Positions 38,414-52,161 of a stretch of DNA of 64,000 nucleotides are shown here, piece by piece. A program made the position numbers and the translations under genes. Source of the stretch: Octopus vulgaris (taxonomy: Eukaryota); contig OX597839.1 in the NCBI GenBank assembly GCA_951406725.2, forward strand, positions 23,808,001-23,872,000. Reading direction: 5' to 3'. The notes beneath the pieces are model-generated. The model was not told where the DNA came from. It saw only the letters and a list, made by a program, of their open reading frames with translations, and did not search any database. Position 1 is the first letter of the stretch. The number at the start of each line of letters is the position of its first letter.

Positions 38414-40775
38414 AACACACACATGCACACACACACACACAAACACACACACGCACAAACACACACACAAACACACACACGCACAAACACACACACGCAC
38501 ACACACAAACACACACACGCACACACACAAACACACACACGCACAAATAGAAATAAACGGCGAGTGGCATCCTAATTTCTAACCCTTACCATTAGACCCT
38601 ATCTGCCAACCACCAAGATACAATATCTCTTTGCTTGCCCTTCGACCTCTAAGCTCAAATGCTGAGAGATCTATGTCCCGGTATTCCACCTGCTGACTGA
38701 CCCGCATTTCTTATCTACACCAATTTACAATTGTTGTCAGGTGTGCCTCATGTTATACAAACATACACGTGGGTGGTGGAAATAAACTTCTTTTAATGTC
38801 TGCCTCTCAGTGCTTGCATGGTTCTGATGAAATCTGTTGAGGTAAATTCTCTATGGCCTGCTGTCATTCCTCTTGCCAAACCCTCACATCTTTCCAAGCA
38901 AAGTAATATTTCCCAAAGTCCTTGGAAGAGAAACAGCAGAATGACCAGACATGTTTTCACGGGACAAACACAGACACACAAACATATACACACACACTTA
39001 TATATATATATACATTGTTTGCAATTAATCATGGATTATCTCAAAGATTTTGAGATTTTGATGAGGCAACTGTTAATGTTTAGAATGACATTGTAGAGCA
39101 GATGTGAGAGGCCAGATCTAGTCAGTTTGAACATAAAATGACCAGATATATCCAATTCAACCCTTTAGCATTTAAACTGGCCAGATCCAGCCTCTCACAC
39201 TTACCTGACAATGTCATTCTAAAAATAAACAATTGCATCATCGTAGACCTGCAGCTACAAGATAATCCATGATTAATTCAAAACTATTTGGATAAAAATG
39301 CTTTACATTTGACAGGGTAATCTGAATGCCGAAGGGTTGTAGAATGTCTCTGACATCTGTTTCCTTTTTTAATCTCATTCCCATTCAGTTCCTGCCAGTA
39401 CAATGCTGACCATCACTAGTCAACCAATTCTACCGACTCTCTTTCTATTTACTAAAGAAACCTGAAAAATGAAAAAAAAACTGTGAAGAATATTCTTTTC
39501 TACTCTAGGCACAAGGCCTGAAATTTGGGGGGAGGGGGCCACTTGATTACACTGACCCCAGTACGCAACTGGTACTTAATTTATCGACCCCGGAAGGATG
39601 AAAGGCAAAGTCGATCTCAGCAGAATTTAAAATCAGAATGTAAAGACAGACGAAATACCGCTAAGCATTTCATTCGGTATGCTAACGTTTCTGCCAGCTC
39701 GCTGCCTTAGGCTGTGAAGAATATTGGCAAAGAAGAAGAGATTTGGTAAAGCGGTGAGTTGTAACAATGGAAACATCCAGAAGACAAGACAAAGCCGGTT
39801 AATATGATTCTATGTTTATAAGCCTTAAAAATTCACTCTGACACTGCCTATGAGTATAGCGTAGGGGATAAAGGTGGTGGTTAATGCAGTGTAGTTACTT
39901 TGATGTTCTGAGTTAATTCCAGGTAAGGAGCTAAGGTGAATCACAAAGACAAGTGAAGAAGGCTGGAGCGTACAACAGCTGAAATGTAGTGAAAGCAACA
40001 ATCAAGATGAGGACACCAAACGGAACTAATAAGGACCCCCTTCGGTTATGAATGACCATGGGATTGCACCTAGAAGGTCTTCCGCCAAGGCACAGGTTCA
40101 AGCTAGGTTGTTTATGGAAGACCAACAGTCGCCCATGCATACCAGCCTCCCTCCTCTCCACACCACTGATGTTATCCAAGGGAAAGGCAAAGAGGCAGAT
40201 ACAGCTTGGCACCAGTGATGTTGCAACTCACTTCTACGTCTGAGTGAACTGGAGCAACGTGGAATAAAGTGCCTTGCTCAAGAACACAACACACAGCCCA
40301 GTCCAGGAATCAAACTCACTACCTCATGATTGTGACCCCAATGCTCTAACCATTGAACCATGCACCTTCACACACACACATATGTATACATAAGGGTAAA
40401 GGCCACCCCCACTTCGGTCATGAATGACCATGAGATTGCACCTAGAAAGTTCTCCTCCAAGGCACAAGTCCGGGCAAGGTTGTTTATGGCAGATCAGCAG
40501 TTCACCCATGCATACCAGCCTCCTTCCTCTCCGTCCCACCAATGTTACCGAAGGGAAAGGCAAAGGGGCCGATACAGCTTGGCACTAGTGATGTCACAAC
40601 TCATTTCTACAATTGAGTGAACTGGAGCAACGTAGAATAAAGTATCTTGCTCATGAACACAACACACAGCCTGGTCCGGGAATTGAACTCACTATCTTGT
40701 GATTGTGAGCCCAATGCTCTAACCACTGGGCCATGCACCTTCACTATTATCTGAACTAATACATAATATACATAC

Positions 40776-40853
40776 CTGGTTGTATTCAAATATTCGGCCA
40801 ATTTGATTTCGAACAAGTGACACGAGTTCTTGGTCCAGCTGCCGAGCATCGAG
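40776..40853 (-). CDS. PEX2: PEX2 coding exon 2 (LDARQLDQELVSLVRNQIGRIFEYNQ)
   Basis: ttttcAG acceptor, CAG|GTATGT donor, 78 nt, phase 0-0. Resembles the start of the Pex2/Pex12 N-terminal domain. Confidence 0.9.
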
Positions 40854-41534
40854 CTGAAAATCAAATTTAAAGAATGTAAAACATTGATTGATAAATAGAG
40901 ATTGATAAAATGAACATGGTAGGGGGTGGTGGACACAGCAAGGGTGATGGGAGGAGGAGAAATAAGTAGGATGGTGACAGAGGTGTACTTGGAGGTAGTG
41001 AAGCAAGTCCCCACAGCTGGTTCTAAAAAGTAGAGGGGGGGCGGAAAGAGAGGAGATGGCGGCTGGTACTTATTCTATCAGTCTCTTTTACCAAACTGCT
41101 AAGTTGCAGGGATGTAAACAAACCAAGTCCTTCACTATGATCTATTTAAGGGTACATACGTTTGTGGAGTACTCAGCCACTTGCAAGTTAATTTCACAAG
41201 AAGGCTGTTCCGCTGATCAAATCAACCGGAACGGTTGTCATAGTAACCATCTGGGAGCCAATAAGTACAGCATCTTGAGGTATTTGTCATGATTCTCAAC
41301 ATCAGTCGTGGACAAACTGCAACCAGCAAAGCCTTCAATGGCACACTAACGAGGAAATTACCTGGAATTTCTTTTAGTAGTGCAGCCGACCATACCTGAT
41401 GTTGTCTGCTTCTTGGAAAAGTTTGTCCATGCCTGAGCTCAAATCTCACCAAAGTCAACTTCGATTTCCATCTTTTTGGAACCAATAAAAACCAGGCATG
41501 GCCAAATCCAACCAAAATATTCTGTTTTCTCTCT

Positions 41535-41942
41535 TTCTCTTTTACTTGTTTCAGGCATTTGACTGCGGCCATGCTGGAGCACCGCCTTTAGTCGAGCAAA
41601 TCGACCCCGGGACTTATTCTTTGTAAGCCCAGTACTTATTCTATCGGTCTCTTTTGCCGAACCGCTAAGTGACGGGGACGTAAACACACCAGCATCGGTT
41701 GTCAAGCAATGCTAGGGGGACAAACACAGACACACAAACATATACACGCACATAATATATATATATATATACATATATACAACAGGCTTCTTTCAGTTTC
41801 CGTCTACCAAATCCACTCACAAGGCATTGGTCGGCCCGGGGCTATAGCAGAAGACACTAGCCCAAGATGCCACGCAGTGGGACTGAACCCGCAACCATGT
41901 GGTTGGTTAGCAAGCTACTTACCACACAGCCACTCCTGCGCC
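41535..41942 (-). mobile_element. SINE family A, full length, young
   Basis: Diagnostic sequence in reverse orientation. Confidence 0.9.
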
Positions 41943-42298
41943 TTTTATGTTCAAAACAATCTGATCAGGCCCCTCACACCTTCCTTGCAATGTCATTCGA
42001 AAAATATAGAATCACATCATCAAAATCTCTAAGGTACAGGATAATGTCTGATTAATTTAAAACAATGTCAGTAAAAAAGAATTATAATACAATTTAATCC
42101 GAATACTGAAGGATTACAGAGGAGTAAATGGTGTGAACAAGGTTGCTTGCTGTTGTTTAAGCCCAGGTCAGACCTAGTGTCAAAGACATTCCAAGACCAT
42201 CTCTTCCCAATTTTATGCAATGCACTTTCTCTGAGGAATTCTGTCCACTATACTACTAACAACTCCTCCAGTCCACCACATTACAACAACAACAGCAA

Positions 42299-42330
<32 letters not shown>

Positions 42331-42418
42331 TGATGAAAACTCACAGCTCATTTTGCTGGATATGATGGAAAGTGTCAGGTGTCCACAGCCAGCAGATTAA
42401 GGTGACACTTGTTTACTG

Positions 42419-42665
42419 GTCATGCTTCAAGAACCCCTGTGAAGAATTCTTGCAGTTCCAAGCAATGCTGATTTTTGTAGGTGTTCTACCTTCACACTTG
42501 CACCAATCTTTTTCAGTCATGTTGGTAGTTGAGTGCTGATACTTCCAAGTGAACCAATTACTATTGCTATCACGTCTAATCTCTTCATTGACCACAACCT
42601 TCGTATTTCCCACTTCAAATCGTCACAGTTGCTTATTTTTTATTCTTTCACATTGATCCTGTTGT
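42419..42665 (-). mobile_element. RLE-type (R4/Dong-like) non-LTR 3' remnant
   Basis: Manual translation DDLKWEIRRLWSMKRLDVIAIVIGSLG...LQKSALLGTARILHRVLEA* with one internal stop. A (TAA)n tract lies at 42301-42329. Confidence 0.75.
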
Positions 42666-42689
42666 TACCAGGACATGCTATGTCGATTA

Positions 42690-42913
42690 TCATACCGTGG
42701 CCGATGTCAGCCTCGCCTGGCACCAGTGCAGGTGGCACATAAAAAGCACCCACTACACTCATGGAGTGGTTGGCGTTAGGAAGGGCATCCAGCTGTAGAA
42801 ACGTTGCCAGATAAGACCGGAGCTTGGTGCAGCCTTCTGGCTTCCCAGATCCCTGGTCGAACCGTCCAACCCATGCTAGCATGGAGAACGGACGTTAAAC
42901 GATGATGATGATG
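42690..42913 (+). mobile_element. Representative of abundant (GAT)n-tailed short retroposon family D (also about 6262-6410, 17530-17730, 21465-21660, 63752-63897 and others)
   Basis: Shared GTGGTTGGCGTTAGGAAGGGCATCCAGCTGTAGAAAC...CCAACCCATGC(T/C)AGCATGGA...CGTTAAAC(GAT)n with variable 5' truncation. Confidence 0.8.
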
Positions 42914-42930
42914 ATTATTATTATTATTAT

Positions 42931-43285
42931 TCTTCAGCAGTTTTATTTTTATAGCGTACTTTCACTTCACTACCGAGCGCAGCTCTGTGTGCCTTGGCTA
43001 TGTGCTGTGATTTGTTGTGATGCTCTGATGGTTATTGTATGGAAAGTGTTCTGCGTAGGATGTGTGCAGTGCCTAGCAGTACAATTTTCTGTATGTTATA
43101 TGTGTTTGTAAGTCCTGGTGTTTTTGTTATGTATTTGTCTGAATATTTTTTTATCTTGCCTAATGCATCTACTATGATAGGAATTGTTTCTGTTTTTAGA
43201 TTCCACATTCTGGTTACCTCTATTTCCAGGTCTTTGTATTTTGAAAGTTTCTCCATTTCTTTTAGAGACGCGTTGTCATCTGCTG
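42931..43285 (-). mobile_element. RLE-type (R4/Dong-like) non-LTR 3' remnant
   Basis: KEMEKLSKYKDLEIEVTRMWNLKTETIPIIVDALG...IQKIVLLGTAHILRRTL. Flanked on both sides by (TAA)n. Confidence 0.82.
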
Positions 43286-44165
43286 TATTATTATTATTAT
43301 TATTATTATTATTGTTGTTGTTGTTGTTATTTTTGTGCATTGACGATAAATCATTAAAAGTTGATGGAATTCTATTTTTTCTAAAAGTCAAACCATTTAA
43401 CACAGAAAAACGATGTCTGACCCAGTGGTAAAAAGGCATGTGGCCTGTTTGTTGGTGCAGCTGATCAATAACTGAACACTACAACTGCATTAATAAAAAT
43501 TGATTTCTTTCGTTGATTCGGTACAAAATACTAAAAGACTGGCTGAGTGCACCAGTCAGTTGAATTAAGAACCAAGTGCGGATGAATATAAAACTAAAAC
43601 AAGACAAGAACTGAACTCAGGGTGTAGAAATTGATGAGACCAAACACTGATCTGAATAATTAAATTCATTTCTAATGATGAAAAGAAAATATGCTTCAAT
43701 ATTAGTTTGGTCTCTCAAGTTTTGAGTTCAAACCCAAATGGAGTAAAAAGATATATTATTGTATCTGGGGAGAGTCATTCTCTTTTAGTGCCTTATTATT
43801 TAACACACTCACTGGTTCGATTACCACTTATTCTTTGTAAGTGTTGTGTGGAAGTCGAACACCCCTATTGCTTGGCTTCTAATGGACTGTGCCACAATAT
43901 AAATGGACGTACGCAGAGAGCTTTGAGAGCAGTGTAAAAGCCGAGAATTGCGTACTGTCGAGGATAATTACCAGTATCTTAAGTAGAAAGATTTGCAAAG
44001 AGATTATTATTATTATTATCCCGTTATATCGTTCGTCGAATATGCGATACAACAGTAAGCCTAGTATTTATTCTATCAATCTCTTTTGCTGAACCGCAAA
44101 GTTACAGGGACGTAAACACAGCAACCTCAGTTGTTAAGAAATGGTGGGGGAACACACACACACAT

Positions 44166-44213
<48 letters not shown>

Positions 44214-45295
44214 GACAGGCTTCTTTCTGTTTCTGTCTACCAAATCCACTCACAAGGCTTTGGTCAGCCCATGGCTAAAGCAGAAGGCACTTGACCAAGG
44301 TGCCACACAGTGGGACTGAACCCAGAACCATGTGGTTGGGAAGCAAGCTACTTACCACACACCCACTCCTGTGCCTATGTGTGTGTGTGTGTATATGAAG
44401 GGCTTCTTTCAGTGTCCGTCTATCAAATCTACTCACAAGGCTATGGTCGGCCCAAGGCTATAGTAGAAGACACTTGCTGAAGGTGCCACACAGTGGGACT
44501 GAACCTGGAACCAAGTGGTTGGGAAGCAAACTTCTTACCACAAAGCCATGCCTGGAAACAAAGTTTTCCTTTTGCCTATTTCTTCTGTTACAATCTGCTA
44601 TACTCTCAATAAATTGCTGTGGCAACCCCTGTTGGGAGTAAATAGGCTGTGACATCTGGAAGAGTCCATTTTGCGCAAGACGTTCATAGCTTGTTAGGAG
44701 CATATGAGAGTGGTGGTGACGGTGGAGGGGTGGGGGGACATTCTATATATTTTTATTCCTGATGTGTTGTATGTAAATCACACGTTTACACAAAAGTCAT
44801 AAAAATAGCAACTGAAAAAAACTCACGGCATTAAGAGGCAAGCTGTGGCTGGTTGCAGAAGTGGGAAGGATGGGGGGGGGGCAGGAGGGAGAAGAGGGAC
44901 ACTCAGGGACGCCTACTGCCTCAAAAACAAACAGTAAAGTGTGTGGGAGGTGTAACATACTTAAAAGAAATTTCAATAAATTAAAATGACACCGTGTAAT
45001 GAAGTGAAAATATTGATTTCCAGCTTTGGCACAAGGCCAGCTGTTTTTGAGGGGGAGGGGGATAAGTCGATTACATCCCCCACCCCATATCAACAGGTAC
45101 ATATTTTATTGACCCTGAAAGGATGAAAGGCAAAGTTGACCTGAACAGAATTTGAACTCAAATAATAATAATAATAATAATAACAGTAGTGACATAATCA
45201 AAAGTGCTACGTTGGAAACTGTGAAAAAAGTGGGGGCTAGAGAGAGGCAAGATGTGGTATGAGCACAAACTGCAGAGTGGCAGAGAGAGGGGCTA

Positions 45296-45666
45296 GCAAA
45301 ATCCTCTGGGTTTCCCCAATTCAAACAGATCAGGTTCTAGAACATAACAGACCGGACCTAGGGGTGGTCGACAAGGTGCACTCCATGGGCTATATAGTTG
45401 ATGTTGCGTGCCCCTTTGACCCACAAATAGTCAAGAAGGAAGGTGGAAAAAGAGATAAATACAACCCTCTTAAGTATGAAATAGCCCGGCTATGGGAAAT
45501 GAAGACGGTGAAGATAGTGCCAATTATTGTTGGGTCTTTGGGGACTGTATCAGAAGGCATCAAGGGGAATATCAAGGAAATTGGAATAGAGTGCCCAGAA
45601 GAACTCTTACAAAAGGTTTGTCTCCTCGGCATGTCCAAGATAATCAGGAAAGTATTAGATAGCTGA
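45296..45666 (+). mobile_element. RLE-type (R4/Dong-like) endonuclease domain remnant
   Basis: IQTDQVLEHNRPDLGVVDK...IVDVACPFD...DKYNPL, the RPD..D..K restriction-like endonuclease motif. Confidence 0.85.
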
Positions 45667-46534
45667 AAAGAACAAACAGCATGGTACCATAGGCTGTAGG
45701 TAGTAAACCCCCGACACATGCAAGACTCCATGGTTTCAAATTTTGGTAGAAGGCCAGTAATTTCATGAGGAGTAAATTGATTATACCAACCCCAGTGCAT
45801 AACTGGTACTTATTTAATCGACTCCAAAAGGATCATATAGAGAGTGCTGGAGAAGGTTCACATGCATAGGACCTGCCCAAGAGCAGACCAACACTAGACT
45901 AAATACAGATATGTTTTATCTTTTACTTGTTTCAGTCATTATACTGTGGCCATACTGGGGCACCACCTTGAAGAATTTTTAGTTAAATAAATTGATCTCA
46001 ATATTTATTTTTTAAGCCTGGTGCTTATTCTGTCTCTCTCTTTTGTCAAACTGCTAAGTTACAGAGGTATAATATATATATATATATATAATCAACAAAT
46101 GAGGGTGAGAAAGTTGTATACTTATTTAATAGTACATCCATTTAACACTGAGTGGCTTAGTGCATATAAAACCCGGATTTCGATACATTTTATACATAAA
46201 TATAAGAGAGCGACCACTATGTGGTCTACTCTAGCACTAAAAATAGATCCACTGGGCTTTAGCCACATAAAAAATGTTTCCGATGAATATTAGCACAACT
46301 ACTGGCGCAGACAGGGCAAATATATATATATATACCTCTCTCTCTTTCGGAGAGGCACAAGCACCTACACGCACATGTACACACACGGCAGTAACTTCCG
46401 CCTGCCGAATTCAATCACAAAGCTTCGGTCGGCTCGGGGCTATAGCAGAAGACACCTACCCAAAGTGCCACGCAGTGGGACTGAACCTGAAACCATGTAG
46501 CTAGGAAGCAAGCTCCCTAACCACACAGCCATGC

Positions 46535-46572
<38 letters not shown>

Positions 46573-47168
46573 CATAGAACAGGCTTCTTGCAGTTTCTTC
46601 TTGTCAAATCCATTCATAAGGGCAATGGTTAACCCAGAGCCACAGATACTAACCTAAGGTACCATGCAATGGTTAACCCAGAGCCACAGATACTAACCTA
46701 AGGTACCATGCAATGAAACTGAACTCAAAATGACTTGTTTGGGAAGCCAACCTCCTTAACCAAACGACCAAGTCTGCACCAAATAATTAAGCAAACTAGT
46801 TCTTTTCTCATCATCCCAAGAAGATGTGATTACAATTCCTTAAGACATTTTAATTTAAATTCCTCTTGCTCGTTACGTGAAACTAAGTCAGCTATGGCAC
46901 TCACTGTTTGCATCAAGACAGGCAACACCGTTGTCAATTGAGGTGACACACTTGTTTAAAAACAACAATATGGAGGGAAGAGAGAGGCATAACAGATGCT
47001 ACAGCAAATCCGTAGGCTTTCATGTTATTTTACCATTATAATTACATTCCTTTTCGACTGCTTAACCATCTGCCCTGAATCTATTTCTCGTTTTCTACAC
47101 TATTTATAAAACACACCAGCCTGTCGTTCACAAGTACATGTCACTTGGTAATACGAAGCCATAGTTAT

Positions 47169-47391
47169 CCCTTTTGTTACCATATTTCTGTTGAAATGTT
47201 CTGTGTTCCTTTCAATTCATTTTAAATATAACAAAGAATTTAGTACAATAACTTAGTTATCATTAAACTAATGATAGGAACATAAATCGTGACTAAGGTT
47301 TGGTGGAGGATTTTAATTCAGAACTTTTGAAAACCAGACATTTGTACTGCAGAGCCAGAGGCAGTTTCAGCCAGGTTGGCACCAAAAGGGG
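47169..47391. mobile_element. Second piggyBac-type MITE family, followed by a partial tandem copy to about 47550
   Basis: TTAT|CCCTTTTG...CAAAAGGGG|TTAA, then a restart TTAACCCTTTT at about 47450. Confidence 0.65.
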
Positions 47392-50278
47392 TTAATGACA
47401 GAAGTCCAAATACTACAGAGCCAGAGGCAGTTTCCAAAAGGTTAATGCCTTAACCCTTTTCTTACCATATTTCTGTTGAGATGCTCTGTTTTTCTTTCAA
47501 TTCATTTTAAATATAACAAAGAATTTAGCAAAATACCTTAGTTATCATTAACCCAAATTCTGCCAGGGTTGGCTTTGCTTTTCATCTTTTCAGGTTCAAT
47601 AAAATAAGAACCAGTTGAAGACTACCATTAATGTAATCAACTTACTTCCTTCCCTGAAATTCCTGGCCTTGTATCAAAATCTGAAATCAACATGTAACCT
47701 TGCTTTAAGATGGCAACAAGCTGGCAGAATTGTTAGCACTCTGGACAAAATATTTAACTGTATTTCATATGTTCTGAGTTCAAATTTCACCAAGGCTGGC
47801 TTTATTTTACATCCTTTTGGGGCCGATAAAATAAGAACAAATTGAGCACTGGGGTCGATGTGATTGACTTACGCCCCTCCCCACAAAATTACTGGTGTCG
47901 TATCAAAATTGGAAATCAATACGTAACCCTGCTTTACATATTGTGTGTGTGGGTGTGTCTTTGTATCTGTGCTTGTCCCCCACCCCCAGTGCTGGTGTGT
48001 TTACATCCCCATAACATAGTGGTTCGGCAAAAGAGATTGATTGAATAAGTACCAAGCTTATTCTTCAAGATGGCGCCCCAGCATGGCCACAACCTCCTGG
48101 CTGAAACAAGTAAGAGGTAAAAGATAGGAGGTAGTTGTAGCAATTCCAAAAGTTCACCAATTAGTGGTTACACCTGTCTCCTGAGACAGGTGTAAACATT
48201 TACCATTCTAACCACAACCCAGATGAACATTGAGGGTGCCACAGCTGGAAAGACGGAGAATGAGAGAGGGTCGCATTAGGATTGGGCTGGCATTTTCTTT
48301 GAATGAAAGACAAAGAAGACCTCAATGGAGTTTGAACTCCTATGAGTTCAAACTGTGCTATCACAGACAGCCAGAGTAAACTTTGCAGCATATTTTAACC
48401 ACAGGTCTAGGGTAAAGCCCCACTTCTGTCATAAATGACCATGGGATTGCACCTACAAAATTCCCCCTCTGAGGCACAAGTCTAGGTAAGGTTGTTTATG
48501 GAAGACCATCAGTTGTCCATGCATACCAGCCTCCCCACTCTCCATGCCACTGATGTTACCCAAGAGAAAGGCAAAGGGGCCGATACAGCTTGGCCCTAGT
48601 GACGTCACAACTCATTTCTACAGCTGAGTGAACTGGAGCAATGTGAAATAAAGTGTCTTGCTCAAGAACACAACACAAAGCCTGGTCCAGGAATTGAACT
48701 CACCACCTCATGATTGTGAGCCCGATGCTCTAACCACTGAACCAATGCTTTAACCACTGAACCCACAGCTGTAACAGCTGCCAATTAAATGCTCAAAATA
48801 TATACACAAATATAACAAGGTGTCATTTAAACATATGGTGTGTGTGTGTGTGTGTGTTTACTTAAGATGCAGTCCACGGATGGTTTATCGTGATGTCTGG
48901 CGCAGTTTCAGTAACCATCATGTATTTTCATGATTATCATTATTCTGCTATGTTTGGTGGTGAGCTGACAATGTCAGACAAATTGCTTAGCAGAAGTTCA
49001 AATTTTTCCATGGTCGACTTTGCCTTTCGTTCTTTCGGGGTTGATAAAAGGCGTACAAACTCAGCACTAGGGTCAATGTAATCAACCTGCCCCTCCCCTT
49101 AAAATTTGGAATCATTATTATTATTATTGTCATTATCTTCCAATTGATTTGCATTTATTTCACCTTCTAAACAGGTTCACAACCAGAAACCTAAGACACG
49201 AATATATTGGATGGAAGGAAACTTGCGGAGAATGTCGGAAGTTGAGGTCGACACAAATTTTTTGAGTCTCATAGATTGTTGGTTCCCAAGCTGCCCTTGT
49301 GGCAAAAAAAAAATGAAATAATTATTATTATCATTGAGTGAGAGAGCAGCACATGCCATCCAAGTGACACTGGGGTACAAATATACAAAGCCCAGTATAC
49401 CCATCATGACTATCAGTCTTATAAGTTATGAGGATGTAAACACACCAGCATCGGTTGTCAAGTGATGGTGGTGGGGACAAACACAGACACACACACATAC
49501 ATATCTATATACAATGGGCTTCTTTCAGTTTCCATCTACCAAATCCACTCACAAGGCTTTGGTTGGCCTGAGGCTATAATAGAAGACACTTGCCCGAGGT
49601 GCCACGAAGTAGGACTGAACCCAGAACCATGTGGTTGGTAAGCAAGTTTCTTACCACACACAGCCACTCCTGCACCTAGAGACAGAAAGAAACAAAGAGA
49701 GAGGATGGCCCAGTGGTTAGGGTGTTGGACTCATGATCATAAGATTGTGGTTTCGATTCCTGGGCTGGGCAATTCACTGTATCCTTAAGCAAAACACTTC
49801 ACTTCATGCTGCTTCAATCCACTCAAGTAGCAAAAATAATTAATCCTGCGAGGGACTGGGGTCCTGTCCATGAGGAACATATACACCACAAAAACTGGAA
49901 AAATCAGCCCTGTGAGTCTATGATACAGGAAGGATCTTTATCCTTTTTCTTTTTATCCCATATCAACCTGGGGGTTCTCAAATTAATACAGGCAATAGCC
50001 AAATAGATGGCAGGGGCCCATATAAGCTTTTATTTACAGTAAAAAAAACCACGTGAAATAACAAACGTCGGCCACAACATCTTGTTCTGATAGAGGTGAC
50101 CATCTGTCACAGCTCTCAAATACTGACCGCAACAGCCTGCTACATAAAGCACTGCTTTGTCTTTCAGACCACAACTCACAGATGAGACAGAGCAGACACA
50201 CAGATCAACAATAATGTCCTGACAGTTTGGCCTTTTTTTTTAATTTCTTTTTTTCCACATCAAGAGAAGTAGGATAGG

Positions 50279-50416
<138 letters not shown>

Positions 50417-51134
50417 AAATGAGAGCAATAAAGAGATAGGGAGAAAGACATAGTTGTGTTTAGTTAGCATACTACTAGTGCAGTCTTCCCTCTATCTCCT
50501 TTGTTTTTTCATACACACACACACACTTGTATATATATGTAGGTTTAGCAAATCAAACAGGAAAAAATAAAACTCAAGAAACATGAGTATATATATATAT
50601 ATCCTGTTTCAGTCATTTGAGCACCGCCTTCAGTCAAGCAAATCGACCCCAGAACTTATTCTTTGTAAGCCTAGTACTTATTCTATCAGTCTATTTTGCC
50701 GAACTGCTAAGTTACGGGGACGTAAACACACCAGCATCGGTTGTCAAGCAATGGTGGCAGGGGACAAACACAGACACACAAACACATATACCACGGGCTT
50801 CTTTCAGTTTCCATCTACCAAACCCACTCACAAGGCTTTGGTTGTCTGAGGCTATAGTAGAAGACACTTGCCCTAGGTACCATGCAGTGGGATTGAACCC
50901 AGAAACATGTGGTTGGTAAGCAAGCTACTTATCACACAGCCACTCTTGCACCTATACATATATCTTTTATTAATATTTGGCTAAAGTAAAAGAGTGACTC
51001 AAGGGTTGAGAGTTTCATGTGTTTGATAAATGCTAAAACATGAAACTCAGCTTTTGAGTCACTCAAAATGCTAGGGGGACAAACATAGACACACAAACAT
51101 ATACACACACATACATATATATATATACATATAT

Positions 51135-51534
51135 ACTCTCTTTTACTTGTTTCAGTCATTTGACTGCGGCCATGCTGGAGCACTGCCTTTAGTCGAGCAG
51201 ATCGACCCCGGGACTTATTCTTTGTAAGCCTAGTACTTATTCTATTGGTCTCTTTTGCCGAACCGCTAAGTGACGGGGACATAAACACACCAGCATTGGT
51301 TGTCAAGCAATGCTAGGGGGACAAACACAGACACACATACACACACACACATACATATATATATACATATATACGACAGGCTTCTTTCAGTTTCCGTCTA
51401 CCAAATCCCCTCACAAGGCATTGGTCGGCCCGGGGCTATAGCAGAAGACACTTGCCCAAGATGCCACGCAGTGGGACTGAACCCGGAACCATGTGGTTGG
51501 TTAGCAAGCTACTTACCACACAGCCACTCCTGCG
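51135..51534 (-). mobile_element. SINE family A (neighbouring older copy at about 50605-50953)
   Basis: Diagnostic sequence in reverse orientation. Confidence 0.88.
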
Positions 51535-52130
51535 ACGAGTACCAGGCTTTAAAAAAAAATAAATAAAAAGGAGCTGGGGACTAGAAATTCATTCGACTAA
51601 AAATTCTTCAAGGTTCTGCCCCAGAATGGTCGCAGTCTGGTGACTGGAACAAGTAGCAAGACTTTAAAAAGATGGACAGACATATTGCCCCAGAAGCTCA
51701 CACTCTGACATGACAGACAAGAGAGGAAGATTCGAGCAGTCTTTGCCAGTAATTCTTCAAACCTATCCATGAAGAACGACAGCTCTGAACAATAACCCAA
51801 CCTGATATTCAAGTTTTTCTGCATCGTTATGGTTTTAATGCTTCTTTCTGGCTGCAGGATTATTTCATAAATGCTCAGGTACCGTCAACACCTGGTTGTC
51901 GGTCTTTATTCTATTGTACTGTGTGTGTGCTTGAGTGTGTGTGTGTGTGTGCATTTGTGTATGTGTGTGTATTTGTGTGTGAGTGCTTGAGCGTTTGTGT
52001 GTGTGTGTGTGTGTGTATGTTATGGTTGTGTGCGTTTGTGTGTTTGTGTGTGTGTGCATTTGTTTGTGAGTTTGTGAGTGTTTGAACGTTTGTGTGTGTG
52101 TGTGTGTGTATGTTATGGTTGTGTGCGTTT

Positions 52131-52161
<31 letters not shown>

